Assembly (NCBI GenBank): GCA_963707505.1
Contig: CAVPQB010000006.1
Span: 704,001 to 768,000 of the forward strand
DNA length: 64,000 bases
Source: an uncultured Gemmatimonadales bacterium
GTDB taxonomy: Bacteria > Gemmatimonadota > Gemmatimonadetes > Gemmatimonadales > Gemmatimonadaceae
Direction: 5' to 3'
In this document: positions 1 to 10,359 of the stretch, one piece after another
Position numbering within the stretch: the stretch's first letter is position 1
Layout of the letters: every line of letters starts with the position of its first letter
Notes under the pieces: generated by a model
What the model was told of the DNA's origin: nothing
Seen by the model: only the letters and a program-made list of their open reading frames with translations
Database searches by the model: none
Position numbers and translations under genes: made by a program

Positions 1-103
1 GATGCCGGACATCTATCCGAGCACGCCCGCGGCCGCCGCTGAACAGTACACGGCTCTCATTCTAAGAGCGATCGGTCTCTCGCCGCGCACTGCGGACGCA
101 TAG
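1..103 (+). CDS. 3' end of a gene cut by the window edge, probably a TetR/AcrR regulator of the efflux operon
   Basis: Frame from nt 2 reads MPDIYPSTPAAAAEQYTALILRAIGLSPRTADA* (TAG 101-103), directly upstream of TolC-MFP-RND. The TetR call is from context only. Confidence 0.45.
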   Translation, partial: MPDIYPSTPAAAAEQYTALILRAIGLSPRTADA

Positions 104-136
104 TCAGACACAAAACCAGATTCATTCGACAACTCG

Positions 137-1880
137 ATGATACCTACTACGGCCACAATCACCCGCACAAACCGGATTCAACGCGCGCTGGCCGGCGGTC
201 TGCTTGCATCGTCTGCGCTCGTCGCAGCGGCGATGCCAGTAACGTTGCGCGCGCAGCAGCCGATCACGCACGCAGACTCCAACGCGGCGACGCCGGCGCG
301 ACCACTGTCGCTCGGCGATGCCGTCGATATTGCGCAGAGGCAGAGTCAGGTCGTGCACATCGCCAACAACGCGATACAGCGCGCACAGGGTGGCCAGTAT
401 CAGGCGCGCAGCGGTCTCTTCCCGCAACTGAACGCAACCGCGAACTACACGCGCACGCTTGCGTCACAATTTTCCAAGGCGTTCTCATCTTCACCGAGCA
501 CCGCACCAAGCGGTCCGGCGGGCCCGTGTAATCAATACCTGTTCAACGGCGACTCATCCGAGCTGGCGCGCGTCGCTGGTCTCGAGAATTACGCGCGGTG
601 CACGGTCGCGGGCCATAGCGCGAGCGATGCTTCCACCGGCGGAATCGATTTCAGCAAGGTCGGTTTCGGTTCCGTGAACGGCTACACGCTCGGCCTCTCA
701 GGCTCGCAGAACATATTCACTGGTGGTCGTCTCTCAGGTCAGATCCAGGCGGCCAATGCAACACAACGCTCGGCGCGCATCGAGCTCACCGCACAGCAGG
801 CGCAGCTTCGTCTCGACGTGACGTCGGCGTACTATGACGCTGCATTGTCGGATCGTCTGCTGGCCATCGCGCAATCGACGCTGAAGCAGACACAGGCCCT
901 GCTGGCGCAGACTCAGCTGCAACAAAAAGTGGGCAACACCAGCGAGTTCGATCTGTTGCGTGCGCAGGTTTCGGTGAGTAATCAGCTTCCTGTGGTGATC
1001 CAGGCTCAGAGCGCGCGCGAGGTTGCATATCTCAAGCTCAAGCAGCTGCTGAATCTTCCGTTCGAGCAGCGACTCGCGCTCACCACGTCGGTCGAGGATT
1101 CCACAGCTGCACCGCCCGGCGTCGATCTCGCCCGCGCATCGTCGCCGGATACGCTCACGGATCATCGCGCGCCTGTGCGGGAAGCCGTCGAGGCTGTTAC
1201 GGCCCAGAAGGGACAGTTGAAGGTCGCGCGCTCGGAGCGGATTCCGACGCTGCAGCTCTCGACTGCGTACAGCAGAGTCGCATATCCCAGCATCCGGGCT
1301 CCCGTCGCTGGCGGATTTCAGCCCCAACTGGACGGTAACGCTGTCGACGTCGTTCCCGATCTTCCAGGGCGGACGCATTCACGGCGACAAGATGGTGGCC
1401 GAGTCGAATGTGCGAGATGCACAGGCGCGCCTGGAGCAGGCACGCGAGGGTGCTGCGCTGGACTCGCGCGTCGCACTCAACACACTGCGCCAGGCTGAAG
1501 CAACTTTCGAAGCAAGCGCTGGCACCGCATCACAGGCGCAGCGCGCTTATGAGATTGCCGAAGTGAGATACAAGGAAGGGATCTCGACGCAGCTCGAGTT
1601 GAACGACACACGGAATCAACTTGCGCAGGCGCTGGTGAACAGGGCGCAGGCATCACGCGACGTACAGGTCGCGCGCGTGCGACTCGCACTGTTGCCGGAT
1701 CTGCCGGTGCAGACTGCGACAGCGGGGCAGACCAATCTTTCACAACAGCAACAGCAACAGCAGCAGCAAGCGCAACAACAGACACAACCGCAGACGACGC
1801 AGCCGGCGGGGGCGCCGGGTCAGAGCACACCAACCGCGGCCGGCACATCGCCGACTGGACAATCAGGGATCAATCCATAA
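137..1880 (+). CDS. TolC-family outer-membrane efflux protein, split by a +1 frameshift near 1293; Q/T/P-rich tail
   Basis: ORF 137..1498 has a signal peptide and OEP motifs (ARSGLFPQLNATANY, VTSAYYDA, GNTSEFDLLRAQV). The +1 frame continues ADFSPNWTVTLSTSFPIFQGG into ORF 1392..1880 (RYKEGISTQLEL). Confidence 0.88.
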
Positions 1881-3020
1881 ATGCGACGCACTTACACATA
1901 TCTCCCACTTGCCCTGGCAACGGTTACGCTCGCGACAGGCTGCAAGCGCAAGACGGCTGAAGCGGCAGATACAGTTCAGCAGCTGGTCGTCGGCACCGAG
2001 AACATCGCGATCGCGCGACACGGATCGGTGACGAACGGACCCGCGATCTCGGGATCGCTCGACGCCGAGCTGAACGCGACTGTGCGCGCGCAGATCGCGG
2101 GCTCGATCATCTCCACCGACGCCGACGTTGGACAGTCCGTCCGAAAGGGTCAGCTACTCGGCCGCATCGACGCGTCCGGTTTGCAGGACGCATATCTGAG
2201 CGCCAAGTCGGCCGTTTCGTCGGCCGAAGCAACGGCAGCTGTTGCGCAACGCAATCTGCAGCGCAGCCAGACGCTGCTGCAGGCCGGTGCGATCGCGCAG
2301 CGGGATCTCGAGACTGCTCAGACTCAGGCGTCGAGTGCACAGGCCGCACTCGAAGATGCAAAGTCCCGGCTCGCAACCGCGCAGAAGAATTTCGATAACA
2401 CGCGGATCACCGCCCCGTTCGACGGCATCGTGAGTCAGAAAAGTGTGAGCCCCGGGGATGTAGTGCAGCCGGGCGGTGCACTGTTCACCGTCGTCGATCC
2501 GTCGACGATGCGGCTCGTCGCAGCGGTTCCCTCGGATCAGCTGTCGATGCTTCGCGTAGGCACCGACGTGACGTTCACAGTGACCGGATATCTCGGTCAG
2601 GAATTTCACGGCAAGGTGACGCGCGTGAGCCCGGCCGTCGACCCGACGACGCGTCAGGTGCAGATCATCGTATCGATTCCGAACAAGAGCCACACGCTCA
2701 TCACGGGACTCTATGCGGATGGCCGCATCTCCAGCCGGACGGAGGAAGGAATCGTCGTTCCGCTTTCGGCGGTCGATACGCGCATGCAGCGTCCCGCGGT
2801 CGTCGAGATAAAGGGTGGCAAGGTTACACGCGTCGACGTCGCGCTCGGGATGCGCGATCCGACGAGCGAGACCGTGCAGATCACAAACGGAGTCGCAGTT
2901 GGGGACACGCTGCTGATTGCGGCTGCCCAGGGCATCACGCCAGGTACACCGGTACGCGTGCAGCCACCGCCATCGGATCAGAGCGCGCAAACCAACACCA
3001 CGCCAAACAGCGGTCGCTAG
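1881..3020 (+). CDS. RND efflux periplasmic adaptor (MFP) lipoprotein
   Basis: Lipobox LATGC, GQSVRKGQLL, ITAPFDGIV and VSPAVDPTTR motifs; lies between TolC and the RND permease. Confidence 0.92.
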   Translation: MRRTYTYLPLALATVTLATGCKRKTAEAADTVQQLVVGTENIAIARHGSVTNGPAISGSLDAELNATVRAQIAGSIISTDADVGQSVRKGQLLGRIDASGLQDAYLSAKSAVSSAEATAAVAQRNLQRSQTLLQAGAIAQRDLETAQTQASSAQAALEDAKSRLATAQKNFDNTRITAPFDGIVSQKSVSPGDVVQPGGALFTVVDPSTMRLVAAVPSDQLSMLRVGTDVTFTVTGYLGQEFHGKVTRVSPAVDPTTRQVQIIVSIPNKSHTLITGLYADGRISSRTEEGIVVPLSAVDTRMQRPAVVEIKGGKVTRVDVALGMRDPTSETVQITNGVAVGDTLLIAAAQGITPGTPVRVQPPPSDQSAQTNTTPNSGR

Positions 3021-3030
3021 AGGCTTCACG

Positions 3031-6000
3031 ATGTTCATCTCAGACTTCGCGATCAAGCGTCCCATTGTCACAGTGGTGATAATGGTCGCGCTCGTGATCT
3101 TCGGACTGTTCTCCGCGTTCAATACGGACGTGGATGAGCTACCCGACATTCAGCAGCCGATCGTGTTCGTTGCCGTTCCGTATCCCGGCGCGTCGCCGGA
3201 TCAGGTCGAGCGTGAAGTGGTCGATCGAATGGAAGAGGCGTTCCAGGGTCTCAACGGTATCGATCAGATCACATCGACGTCAACGGACGGCTTCGCGCAG
3301 ATCATCGTGCAGTTCGTTTACTCCAAGCCGACCGACGAGGCGGCGCAGGATGTACGCGATGCGATCTCCGGAATTCGCGACAAGCTCCCGGTCGAGATGA
3401 AGGAGCCGATCATCAAGAAGTTCGATCCGGCTGATCAGCCGATCGTGTCGCTCACTCTTTCGTCCAACACGCTCAAGCCGAACGAGCTGACGATTCTGGC
3501 GGACCCGGACATCACGCGCCAGCTTCAGGGACTGTCAGGAGTGGCGCAGGTGACATTGTCGGGTGGCGTCGACCGCGAAATTTCGGTCGACGTGATTCCA
3601 GCCCGTCTCAATGCGGCGAAGGTGAGCGTGTCGGACGTCGTCAACGCACTCAACGCGCAGAATCTCGCGGTTCCGGTCGGCATGATCACGGGTTCGCTGG
3701 AAGAGCGCTCGATCCGGCTGCGTGGGCGTATCGAGGACGCAAGAGACTTCGGTCAGCTCGTCGTCGCGCAACGGGGCGGGCAGGTGATCCGTCTCGCGGA
3801 CGTCGCGAACGTATATGACGGATCCGCGGAGCAGCGATCGCTCGCTCTATTCAACGGCGTCGAAGGTATCGGTATCGACATCACGAAGTCGAAGGGGAGC
3901 AGCACGACGCGCGTGAGCGATGAGATCAACGAGCGCGTAAAGGAGATAAGAAAGACCCTGCCGGCGGGCGTGACACTCGACGTCGTGCGCGATGCGGGGC
4001 CGCGCGTGACAAATTCGGTGCGGAACGTCGAGGAGGCGCTCGTCGAGGGCGCAATCCTTACGGTGATCGTCGTGTTCCTCTTCCTCAACTCGTGGCGTTC
4101 GACCGTGATCACCGGTCTTGCACTGCCGGTTTCCGCGATCTCGGCGTTCATCGCAGTCCATGCCTTCGGGTTCACGCTCAACACGATGTCGCTGCTCGGC
4201 CTTTCGCTCGCGATCGGAATACTGATCGACGACGCGATAGTAGTGCGAGAGAACATCGTGCGGCACATCGAGATGGGTGAAGACCATTTCACGGCTGCGC
4301 ACACGGGTACCGACGAAATCGGTCTCGCTGTAACAGCGACGACGCTGTCGATCATGGCGGTGTTCGTTCCGATCGCGTTCATGAGCGGCATATCCGGACA
4401 GTGGTTCCGGCCGTTCGCGCTGACGATTGCATGCGCAGTTCTTGTCTCGCTCTTCGTCTCGTTCTCGCTCGATCCGATGCTCTCGGCGTACTGGCCCGAT
4501 CCCGCGATCGAGGCGCACGAGCATCGCAGCTGGATCTCGCGCAAGCTGGACACGTTCAACAAGTGGTTCGACAGACAGGCGGATAACTACAAGGGCGTGA
4601 TTGCGTGGGCGCTGGATCATCGCGCCGATATGGTCGCGATCTCGATTGGTGTGTTCTTCGCGAGCATTCTGATTCCCGCGAAGGGGTTGTTCGCGGCGCT
4701 GACGCTGCTCGCCGGCGTACTGCTGATCGTATGGTTGATGTCGTTCAACTATCCGAAATCAGCCCTTGGTACCACTCTCAAGAGCGTCATCGCCGTCGGC
4801 GTGTTCGTGGGCTCTCTGGTGTTCGGTCTCACACTGCCAGAGCCCGGCTGGGCCAAGCTGGGGGGCGGTTTCATTCCTGATTCGGACAACTCCGAGCTGA
4901 ATGTCTCGGTCGAAGCGCCGCCAGGATCGAACATCGATTACACGCACATAAAGGCCGAGGAGATCGGGCGCATCATTCGCACGCACAAGGAAGTTGCATA
5001 TACGTACACGACTGTTGGCACTGCGACGGGTTCGGGCGAGGTGGATGTCGGGAGCATCTACGTCAAGCTGGTTCCCAAGAATGAGCGATCCATATCGCAG
5101 GGCGACCTGAGCAACATCATCCGTGCAGAGATTTCCCATGTCGCCGGTGTTACCGCGTACACGTTCAACAGCAGCTTCGCCGGTAATCAGAAGCAGATTC
5201 AGGTTCAGATTCGCGGCAACGATGCCGCACAACTGAATGCGGTAGCGGAGCAGATGGAAGTCGAGGTGCGGAAGGTTCCGGGGGCGGCCGACGTGGGACT
5301 GTCGACGAAGGGCCTCAAGCCGGAGCTCGACGTGCAGCTGAATCGCGGTCTCGCCGGAACACTCGGCATCACCGTTGGGCAGCTCGCGCAGGCGCTGCGG
5401 CCGGCGTTCGCCGGTGTGCAGGCTGGCAGCTGGGTGGATCCAACAGGAAAGACGCGCGACGTTACGGTTCGTCTTCCAGCGGCTTCGCGACAGAACGCTT
5501 CGGATCTGCGGCAGTTGCCGATCAGTGTGCCGGCCGCGAACGGCGCCTCTTCGGCACAGTCGTCCACCGCTGCTGCGACTCCGATCAATTCGGGACCGCA
5601 GACGATTCCGCTCGGCCAGATCGCGACCGTGCGTCTGACAACCGGGCCGGCGCAGATCGACCATCTGGACGAGGACAAGGTCGTCACGGTGGGTGTCAAT
5701 CCGCAGGGACGTCCATTGAGCGAGGTGTCTGCTGACGTGAATCGCGCGATCGCGAAGGTTCCATTGCCGCCCGGCGTGCACCTGTCGCAGGGCGGGCAGG
5801 TGAAGGATCAGAACGAGGTGTACGGCGCGATTGTCGCCGCGCTCGGCCTCGCGATTCTGTTGATGTATCTCATTCTCGTGGTGCAGTTCGGATCGTTCCT
5901 GGATCCGCTTGCGATCATGTTGTCACTTCCGTTGTCGCTGATCGGAGTCGTGCTCGCGTTGCTTGTAACAGGCGGCACGCTGAACATCATGTCGATGATC

Positions 6001-6441
6001 GGTGTGATTCTGTTGATGGGAATCGTCGCGAAGAATGCGATTCTGCTGGTGGACTTCGCCAAGTGGACGCGTGAATCGAAGAAGATCACGTTGCGCGAGG
6101 CGCTCATCGAAGCTGGCAGGGTACGTCTGCGTCCGATTCTCATGACGACGTTCGCGCTCATCGCTGGCATGATTCCGGTAGCGCTCGGAATCGGCGAGGG
6201 CGCCGACTTCCGTGCGCCGCTGGGACGTGCGGTGATAGGTGGCGTCATAACGTCGACGTTGCTCACGTTGATCGTCATCCCGACGTTCTACGAGATCCTC
6301 GACGAATGGCGCGAGAAGCTCGTGCATGCGTTTGGGCGTGGGACGGAGGGTGAGCACGAGCATGTGCCGGAGCACGCGCCGCGGGCCGAGCCTGGCATGG
6401 GAGCGCCGCCGAGACCAGCCATGGGCGAGCCGACACCGTAG
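3031..6441 (+). CDS. RND efflux permease (AcrB/AcrD/AcrF family)
   Basis: ATG 3031 gives MFISDFAIKRP; GILIDDAIVVRENI, AKNAILLVDF and RLRPILMTT motifs. Confidence 0.95.
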   Translation: MFISDFAIKRPIVTVVIMVALVIFGLFSAFNTDVDELPDIQQPIVFVAVPYPGASPDQVEREVVDRMEEAFQGLNGIDQITSTSTDGFAQIIVQFVYSKPTDEAAQDVRDAISGIRDKLPVEMKEPIIKKFDPADQPIVSLTLSSNTLKPNELTILADPDITRQLQGLSGVAQVTLSGGVDREISVDVIPARLNAAKVSVSDVVNALNAQNLAVPVGMITGSLEERSIRLRGRIEDARDFGQLVVAQRGGQVIRLADVANVYDGSAEQRSLALFNGVEGIGIDITKSKGSSTTRVSDEINERVKEIRKTLPAGVTLDVVRDAGPRVTNSVRNVEEALVEGAILTVIVVFLFLNSWRSTVITGLALPVSAISAFIAVHAFGFTLNTMSLLGLSLAIGILIDDAIVVRENIVRHIEMGEDHFTAAHTGTDEIGLAVTATTLSIMAVFVPIAFMSGISGQWFRPFALTIACAVLVSLFVSFSLDPMLSAYWPDPAIEAHEHRSWISRKLDTFNKWFDRQADNYKGVIAWALDHRADMVAISIGVFFASILIPAKGLFAALTLLAGVLLIVWLMSFNYPKSALGTTLKSVIAVGVFVGSLVFGLTLPEPGWAKLGGGFIPDSDNSELNVSVEAPPGSNIDYTHIKAEEIGRIIRTHKEVAYTYTTVGTATGSGEVDVGSIYVKLVPKNERSISQGDLSNIIRAEISHVAGVTAYTFNSSFAGNQKQIQVQIRGNDAAQLNAVAEQMEVEVRKVPGAADVGLSTKGLKPELDVQLNRGLAGTLGITVGQLAQALRPAFAGVQAGSWVDPTGKTRDVTVRLPAASRQNASDLRQLPISVPAANGASSAQSSTAAATPINSGPQTIPLGQIATVRLTTGPAQIDHLDEDKVVTVGVNPQGRPLSEVSADVNRAIAKVPLPPGVHLSQGGQVKDQNEVYGAIVAALGLAILLMYLILVVQFGSFLDPLAIMLSLPLSLIGVVLALLVTGGTLNIMSMIGVILLMGIVAKNAILLVDFAKWTRESKKITLREALIEAGRVRLRPILMTTFALIAGMIPVALGIGEGADFRAPLGRAVIGGVITSTLLTLIVIPTFYEILDEWREKLVHAFGRGTEGEHEHVPEHAPRAEPGMGAPPRPAMGEPTP

Positions 6442-6451
6442 ATTTCGCCGG

Positions 6452-7330
6452 GTGAGGTCAGCCACCAGCCGCGCGATGCGCGCGGCGCAGGCCGGAATGG
6501 CGGTGAATCTGATCCTCGCGGTCATCAAGCTGATCGCGGGGATCATCGGCCATGCATACGCGCTAGTGGCCGATGCAGTCGAATCGACGGCTGATATTTT
6601 CTCGTCGCTCGTCGTATACGGCGGTCTGCGGATTGCCGCGCAGCCTGCAGATGAGGACCATCCGTACGGTCATGGGCGCGCCGAGGCACTCGCCGGCGCG
6701 TTCGTGGCATTGATGCTGCTTGCTGCGGCGCTCGGAATTGGGATCGAGGCAGTGCGTGAGATAAGAACTCCGCATCACACGCCGAGGGCATGGACGCTCG
6801 CGGTGTTGGTCGGGGTGATCGTCATCAAGCAGGTGATGGCGAGCAAGGTATTCCGGATCGGTTCGGAGATCGGAAGCACGGCGGTGATGGCCGACGCGCA
6901 GCATCACCGCAGCGACGTGATTACATCGACAGCCGCGTTCATCGGCATCAGCATCGCCGTGATCGGCGGTCCGGGCTGGGAGCAGGCAGACGACTGGGCG
7001 GCGCTCGTGGCGTCGCTCGTGATCTGCTACAACGGCGTGAGGATGTTGCGGCCCGCGGTGAACGATCTGATGGATCGCATTCCGGATGACAGCGTGGTGC
7101 AGGGCATAGCGAGCGCGGCGACGAGCGTACCGGAAGTCTGTGCGATCGAGAAGCTCAAGGTACGCAAGGTGGGCTTGCAGTACGCGGTCGATCTGCACGT
7201 TCAGACAGACCCGCAGATGTCACTTCACGACGCGCATATAGTGAGCGGCAAGGTGAAGGGCGCGATACGAGCGGCGATGCCGTCGGTGGATGGAGTGCTG
7301 ATCCACATGGAGCCGTACGACCAGTCGTAG
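6452..7330 (+). CDS. Cation diffusion facilitator (FieF-like) transporter
   Basis: ALVADAVESTAD, PADEDHPYGHGRAE, DAQHHRSD and IHMEP motifs. Start is GTG 6452 or ATG 6476. Confidence 0.9.
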   Translation: MRSATSRAMRAAQAGMAVNLILAVIKLIAGIIGHAYALVADAVESTADIFSSLVVYGGLRIAAQPADEDHPYGHGRAEALAGAFVALMLLAAALGIGIEAVREIRTPHHTPRAWTLAVLVGVIVIKQVMASKVFRIGSEIGSTAVMADAQHHRSDVITSTAAFIGISIAVIGGPGWEQADDWAALVASLVICYNGVRMLRPAVNDLMDRIPDDSVVQGIASAATSVPEVCAIEKLKVRKVGLQYAVDLHVQTDPQMSLHDAHIVSGKVKGAIRAAMPSVDGVLIHMEPYDQS

Positions 7331-7333
7331 GGG

Positions 7334-7642
7334 TCAGAGAATCGCGCGAAGCACCGGCGTCCGTCTGAACACTGCAGCACTGAGCGCGAACGACGCGATG
7401 CACGCCACGATCGTGAGGAGCGCGAACTTGAACAGAGGGGCGCCCGTGATCGGATGAAGCATGCGCGCGCCGAGTATGACGAAGGGCGGATGAAAGACGT
7501 ACACGCTGAACGCGTTATCCGACATGAATTTCTCGAAACGCCCCTGCGTGAACAGGGCGTCGACCGTACGGCCAGCAGCGGACGAATAGAATGCCCCCGC
7601 CGATCGCATCCAACAGTACGCGTGACGTCCGGTCTGATACAA
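7334..7642 (-). pseudogene. C-terminal fragment of an acyltransferase-3/OpgC-like membrane protein
   Basis: FMSDNAFSVYVFHPPF plus the last TM helix and RRTPVLRAIL; the N-terminal part is absent. Confidence 0.6.
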
Positions 7643-7805
7643 GATTGGTCAGGTCCAACGGGGGAAAGGTTCATCTGGCGAGCGACCGCGTCGCCGCCGA
7701 CCGGACTACGGGCAAGGAGAGCGGGTCCAGTTGTGCGAGCATCATTTATGCACGCAAGCTGTACGTTTGTGTACGCAATCGTCATCATCAATCCGGAGTG
7801 TCCCC

Positions 7806-8117
7806 GTGTATCTGATTCGAGAGATCATGTACTGCAAGCCGGGCAAGGTACGGCCGATGGTCGAGAAGTTTCTTACCATGTCCAAGCTTGGCGAGAAGTC
7901 GGGCATGCCTCGCATGCGCATCATGACAGACTTCAGCGCGGAGCGCTACTGGACTGTCGTAGCGGAGATGGAGGTTCCCGACCTCGGCGCGTTCGAGAAG
8001 ATGATGTCCGCTCCACCGGGATCAAACGATGACATGAAACAGATGGAAGAGATCATGAAGGACTATCACGAGCTCGTCGATCACGGCAAACGGGAGATCT
8101 ACAAGATCGAGGGTTGA
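7806..8117 (+). CDS. Small NIPSNAP-like (dimeric alpha/beta barrel) hypothetical protein
   Basis: GTG 7806 after GGAG; MYLIREIMYCKPGKVRPMVEKF...GKREIYKIEG. Confidence 0.7.
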   Translation: MYLIREIMYCKPGKVRPMVEKFLTMSKLGEKSGMPRMRIMTDFSAERYWTVVAEMEVPDLGAFEKMMSAPPGSNDDMKQMEEIMKDYHELVDHGKREIYKIEG

Positions 8118-8322
8118 TTGACCGGCACCTCCGCGCCGTGGCAAGCTGTCCATGCCACCCGGTCTTACGCTCGCGGGCAGCAGCCGCTATCCTTTGCACC
8201 GTTCGATCCGATCGAGTTTCGGAATCCGCGCGCGCACCTTCAGTTGAATGATGCAGACGCCGCCGCGCTGACGGCGGCCGCAATTCTCATCTGTTTGAAC
8301 TCTCAACTCCAACGAGGACAGA

Positions 8323-9180
8323 ATGCGCAGTGTCGGTGCGGTGATACCGCTCATGGCAGGAATCGCGATGATCTCCAGCGCGATGCGTCACTCCACCGTT
8401 CCAGCGCCTTCGACGACCATGTCAGCGCCGTCGGCGACTCGCACTCTCGTCGTCACTGCGAACGACTATGCGTTCACCGGAATGACCGCACGCGTTTCAG
8501 CTGGCTGGGTGACGATCCGGATGATCAACGCCGGCAAGGAGCTGCACATGTTCGCGAGTGCGGCTGTTCCGCACGGCATGACGACTGCCGGCGTGCTCGA
8601 TTCGCTCACGAAGGATCGGGTCCCGAAGAACTTAACGGAGTGGGGCGGTCCGAATGCGGTTGCACCAGGCGACACCAACGCGATAACTCTGTTCCTGCCC
8701 GCGGGATCCTACGTCGTCGGTTGTTTCGTCGTGAGCCCGGATGGAAAGACCCATTTCATGAAGGGGATGATGGGCTCGTTCGAGGTGGTCGCGGCAAAGG
8801 ATACCGGTACTGCACCGGTCAGCGACAGAAATATCCTGCTCTCGACGTACCACATCGCGATGGATGGTGGTCCGCTAAGCAAAGGACCGCACGTCTTCAT
8901 GGTGCGCAATACGGTGAAGCAGACTCACGATTTCGTGATCCTCAAGGTGCTGCCCGGGCACACGGTCGCGCAGGCACTCAAGTGGTTCGGGAATCCGCCG
9001 GTTGGAGCGCCAGCCGCGGAACCGATAGGTGGTACTACGGGGCTGCATCTCGATGAGCAGGGCTATGTGACGGCGCGATTCACTCCCGGCACCTACGTTC
9101 TTGTTTGCTGGATGCAGACAGACAACAAGCCACACTTCCAGATGGGCATGGAGAAAGTGTTGACGGTTCCCGCTACGTAA
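8323..9180 (+). CDS. Exported protein with two cupredoxin-like domains
   Basis: GAGGA RBS and signal-like N-terminus; two repeats ending C-x9-H-x4-M and C-x8-H-x4-M. Confidence 0.7.
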   Translation: MRSVGAVIPLMAGIAMISSAMRHSTVPAPSTTMSAPSATRTLVVTANDYAFTGMTARVSAGWVTIRMINAGKELHMFASAAVPHGMTTAGVLDSLTKDRVPKNLTEWGGPNAVAPGDTNAITLFLPAGSYVVGCFVVSPDGKTHFMKGMMGSFEVVAAKDTGTAPVSDRNILLSTYHIAMDGGPLSKGPHVFMVRNTVKQTHDFVILKVLPGHTVAQALKWFGNPPVGAPAAEPIGGTTGLHLDEQGYVTARFTPGTYVLVCWMQTDNKPHFQMGMEKVLTVPAT

Positions 9181-9233
9181 CTACGTGAGGGCTGGCTAGC
9201 GCGTCCGGCTCATCGGGCAGCCGCGATGTGACG

Positions 9234-10190
9234 TCAGCCCGCGTCGATCCACGGGTCGTGTGTCATCCAGTTGCTGTCCGGTGCAAACAGGAACACCAGC
9301 CCGCCATTCGCGAGCTTGGGTAGCAACTGCCTGGCGCGCGTAGTTTCCATCGCTGGACAACCCTCACTCCGTCCCGCACGCGTGGATGTGACGTACGGTG
9401 CGCCGTGCGCGACAACTCCACGCGCTCGCGCGTTGTTGTTGAAGTCGCCCGAGACGCCCGCGAGCCTCAAGCCGACCGAATGGTACGGTTGGCCGCCCGC
9501 GTGACCGGTGAAAGCGTAAAGCTCCTGCGCCACGTAGAGGCCGAGCGAGGTCGTGGCTGCACCGAAGGCATTGGAGAATCGCTTCGGGACGCCGGCCGAG
9601 TTGGCGGCAGATCCGCGGCCGTGCGCTACCATGAATGGTCCGTCGACTATGGAGAGCGCATCCATGTCGAAGACGTATCCGCGCGGCTGAGTGCTGGGTA
9701 GGCCGTAGTCGACGAAGTACAGATACGGCTTGCGCACCTTGTCTGGATGCGCGGCCCTGAACGCGAAATAGCTCTCGAATGCGTCAGGGAGCGCGCGCGA
9801 GTTGCTGAGTGGCCGTACCGCGGACGCGAGTGCGCCGAGTGCGTTCCGGGTGCTGGTCTCGATCTCCTCGTTGTTGTGGGCAGCAGGGTTCAGCGAAACG
9901 CGGCCACTGAATACGGAGCCGATAGCTGCGCTCACACTCCCCGTACGCATCGATGCCAGCGTCGTTGCGGAGCGGAGCACTCGGCCGTTCCGGCGCGATG
10001 CGGAATACGCGGGATTGGCGTTCGACCCCACGTACGCGACCGCGGTGGCTGCAATGAGCAGCGTAGGGAGCAGGTTCAGGTATTTGCGTGATGCCATGCT
10101 GATTCCAGAAGCGCGATCGGGCCCGCGACCGACTGTCGGGGCAATAGGAACGGTTGCCGTCAGGGGGATGACGACCGAGGCCTCATTCAT
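9234..10190 (-). CDS. Murein L,D-transpeptidase catalytic-domain protein (YkuD_2 type)
   Basis: VAHGRGS, FSN..TSLG, HGAPYV and GRSEGCPA motifs. The real start may be the internal MASRKY. Confidence 0.85.
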   Translation of the reverse strand: MNEASVVIPLTATVPIAPTVGRGPDRASGISMASRKYLNLLPTLLIAATAVAYVGSNANPAYSASRRNGRVLRSATTLASMRTGSVSAAIGSVFSGRVSLNPAAHNNEEIETSTRNALGALASAVRPLSNSRALPDAFESYFAFRAAHPDKVRKPYLYFVDYGLPSTQPRGYVFDMDALSIVDGPFMVAHGRGSAANSAGVPKRFSNAFGAATTSLGLYVAQELYAFTGHAGGQPYHSVGLRLAGVSGDFNNNARARGVVAHGAPYVTSTRAGRSEGCPAMETTRARQLLPKLANGGLVFLFAPDSNWMTHDPWIDAG

Positions 10191-10277
10191 ATTACACCGC
10201 GGAGTGGGGATGGTCCAAGACCCTGAAGGTGGGGGCTGAGCTGGAGGCTGCCCGACGCGGCAAACCGCATTCTTTTC

Positions 10278-10306
10278 TTGACACTATCTGTACGCGGCCG
10301 TACTGT
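10278..10306 (+). promoter_or_regulatory. Sigma70-type promoter
   Basis: TTGACA (10278-83), 17-bp spacer, TACTGT (10301-06), upstream of the 10360 CDS. Confidence 0.6.
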
Positions 10307-10359
10307 AGGTACTGACAGGCCGGTCCAGAGGCTCAATCACCACTGCAAAGCACGACTGA

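Noticed and set aside
1741..1805. Poly-Gln tract in the TolC tail as a contingency repeat
   Set aside because: Mixed CAA/CAG codons in a low-complexity tail; length change would stay in frame.
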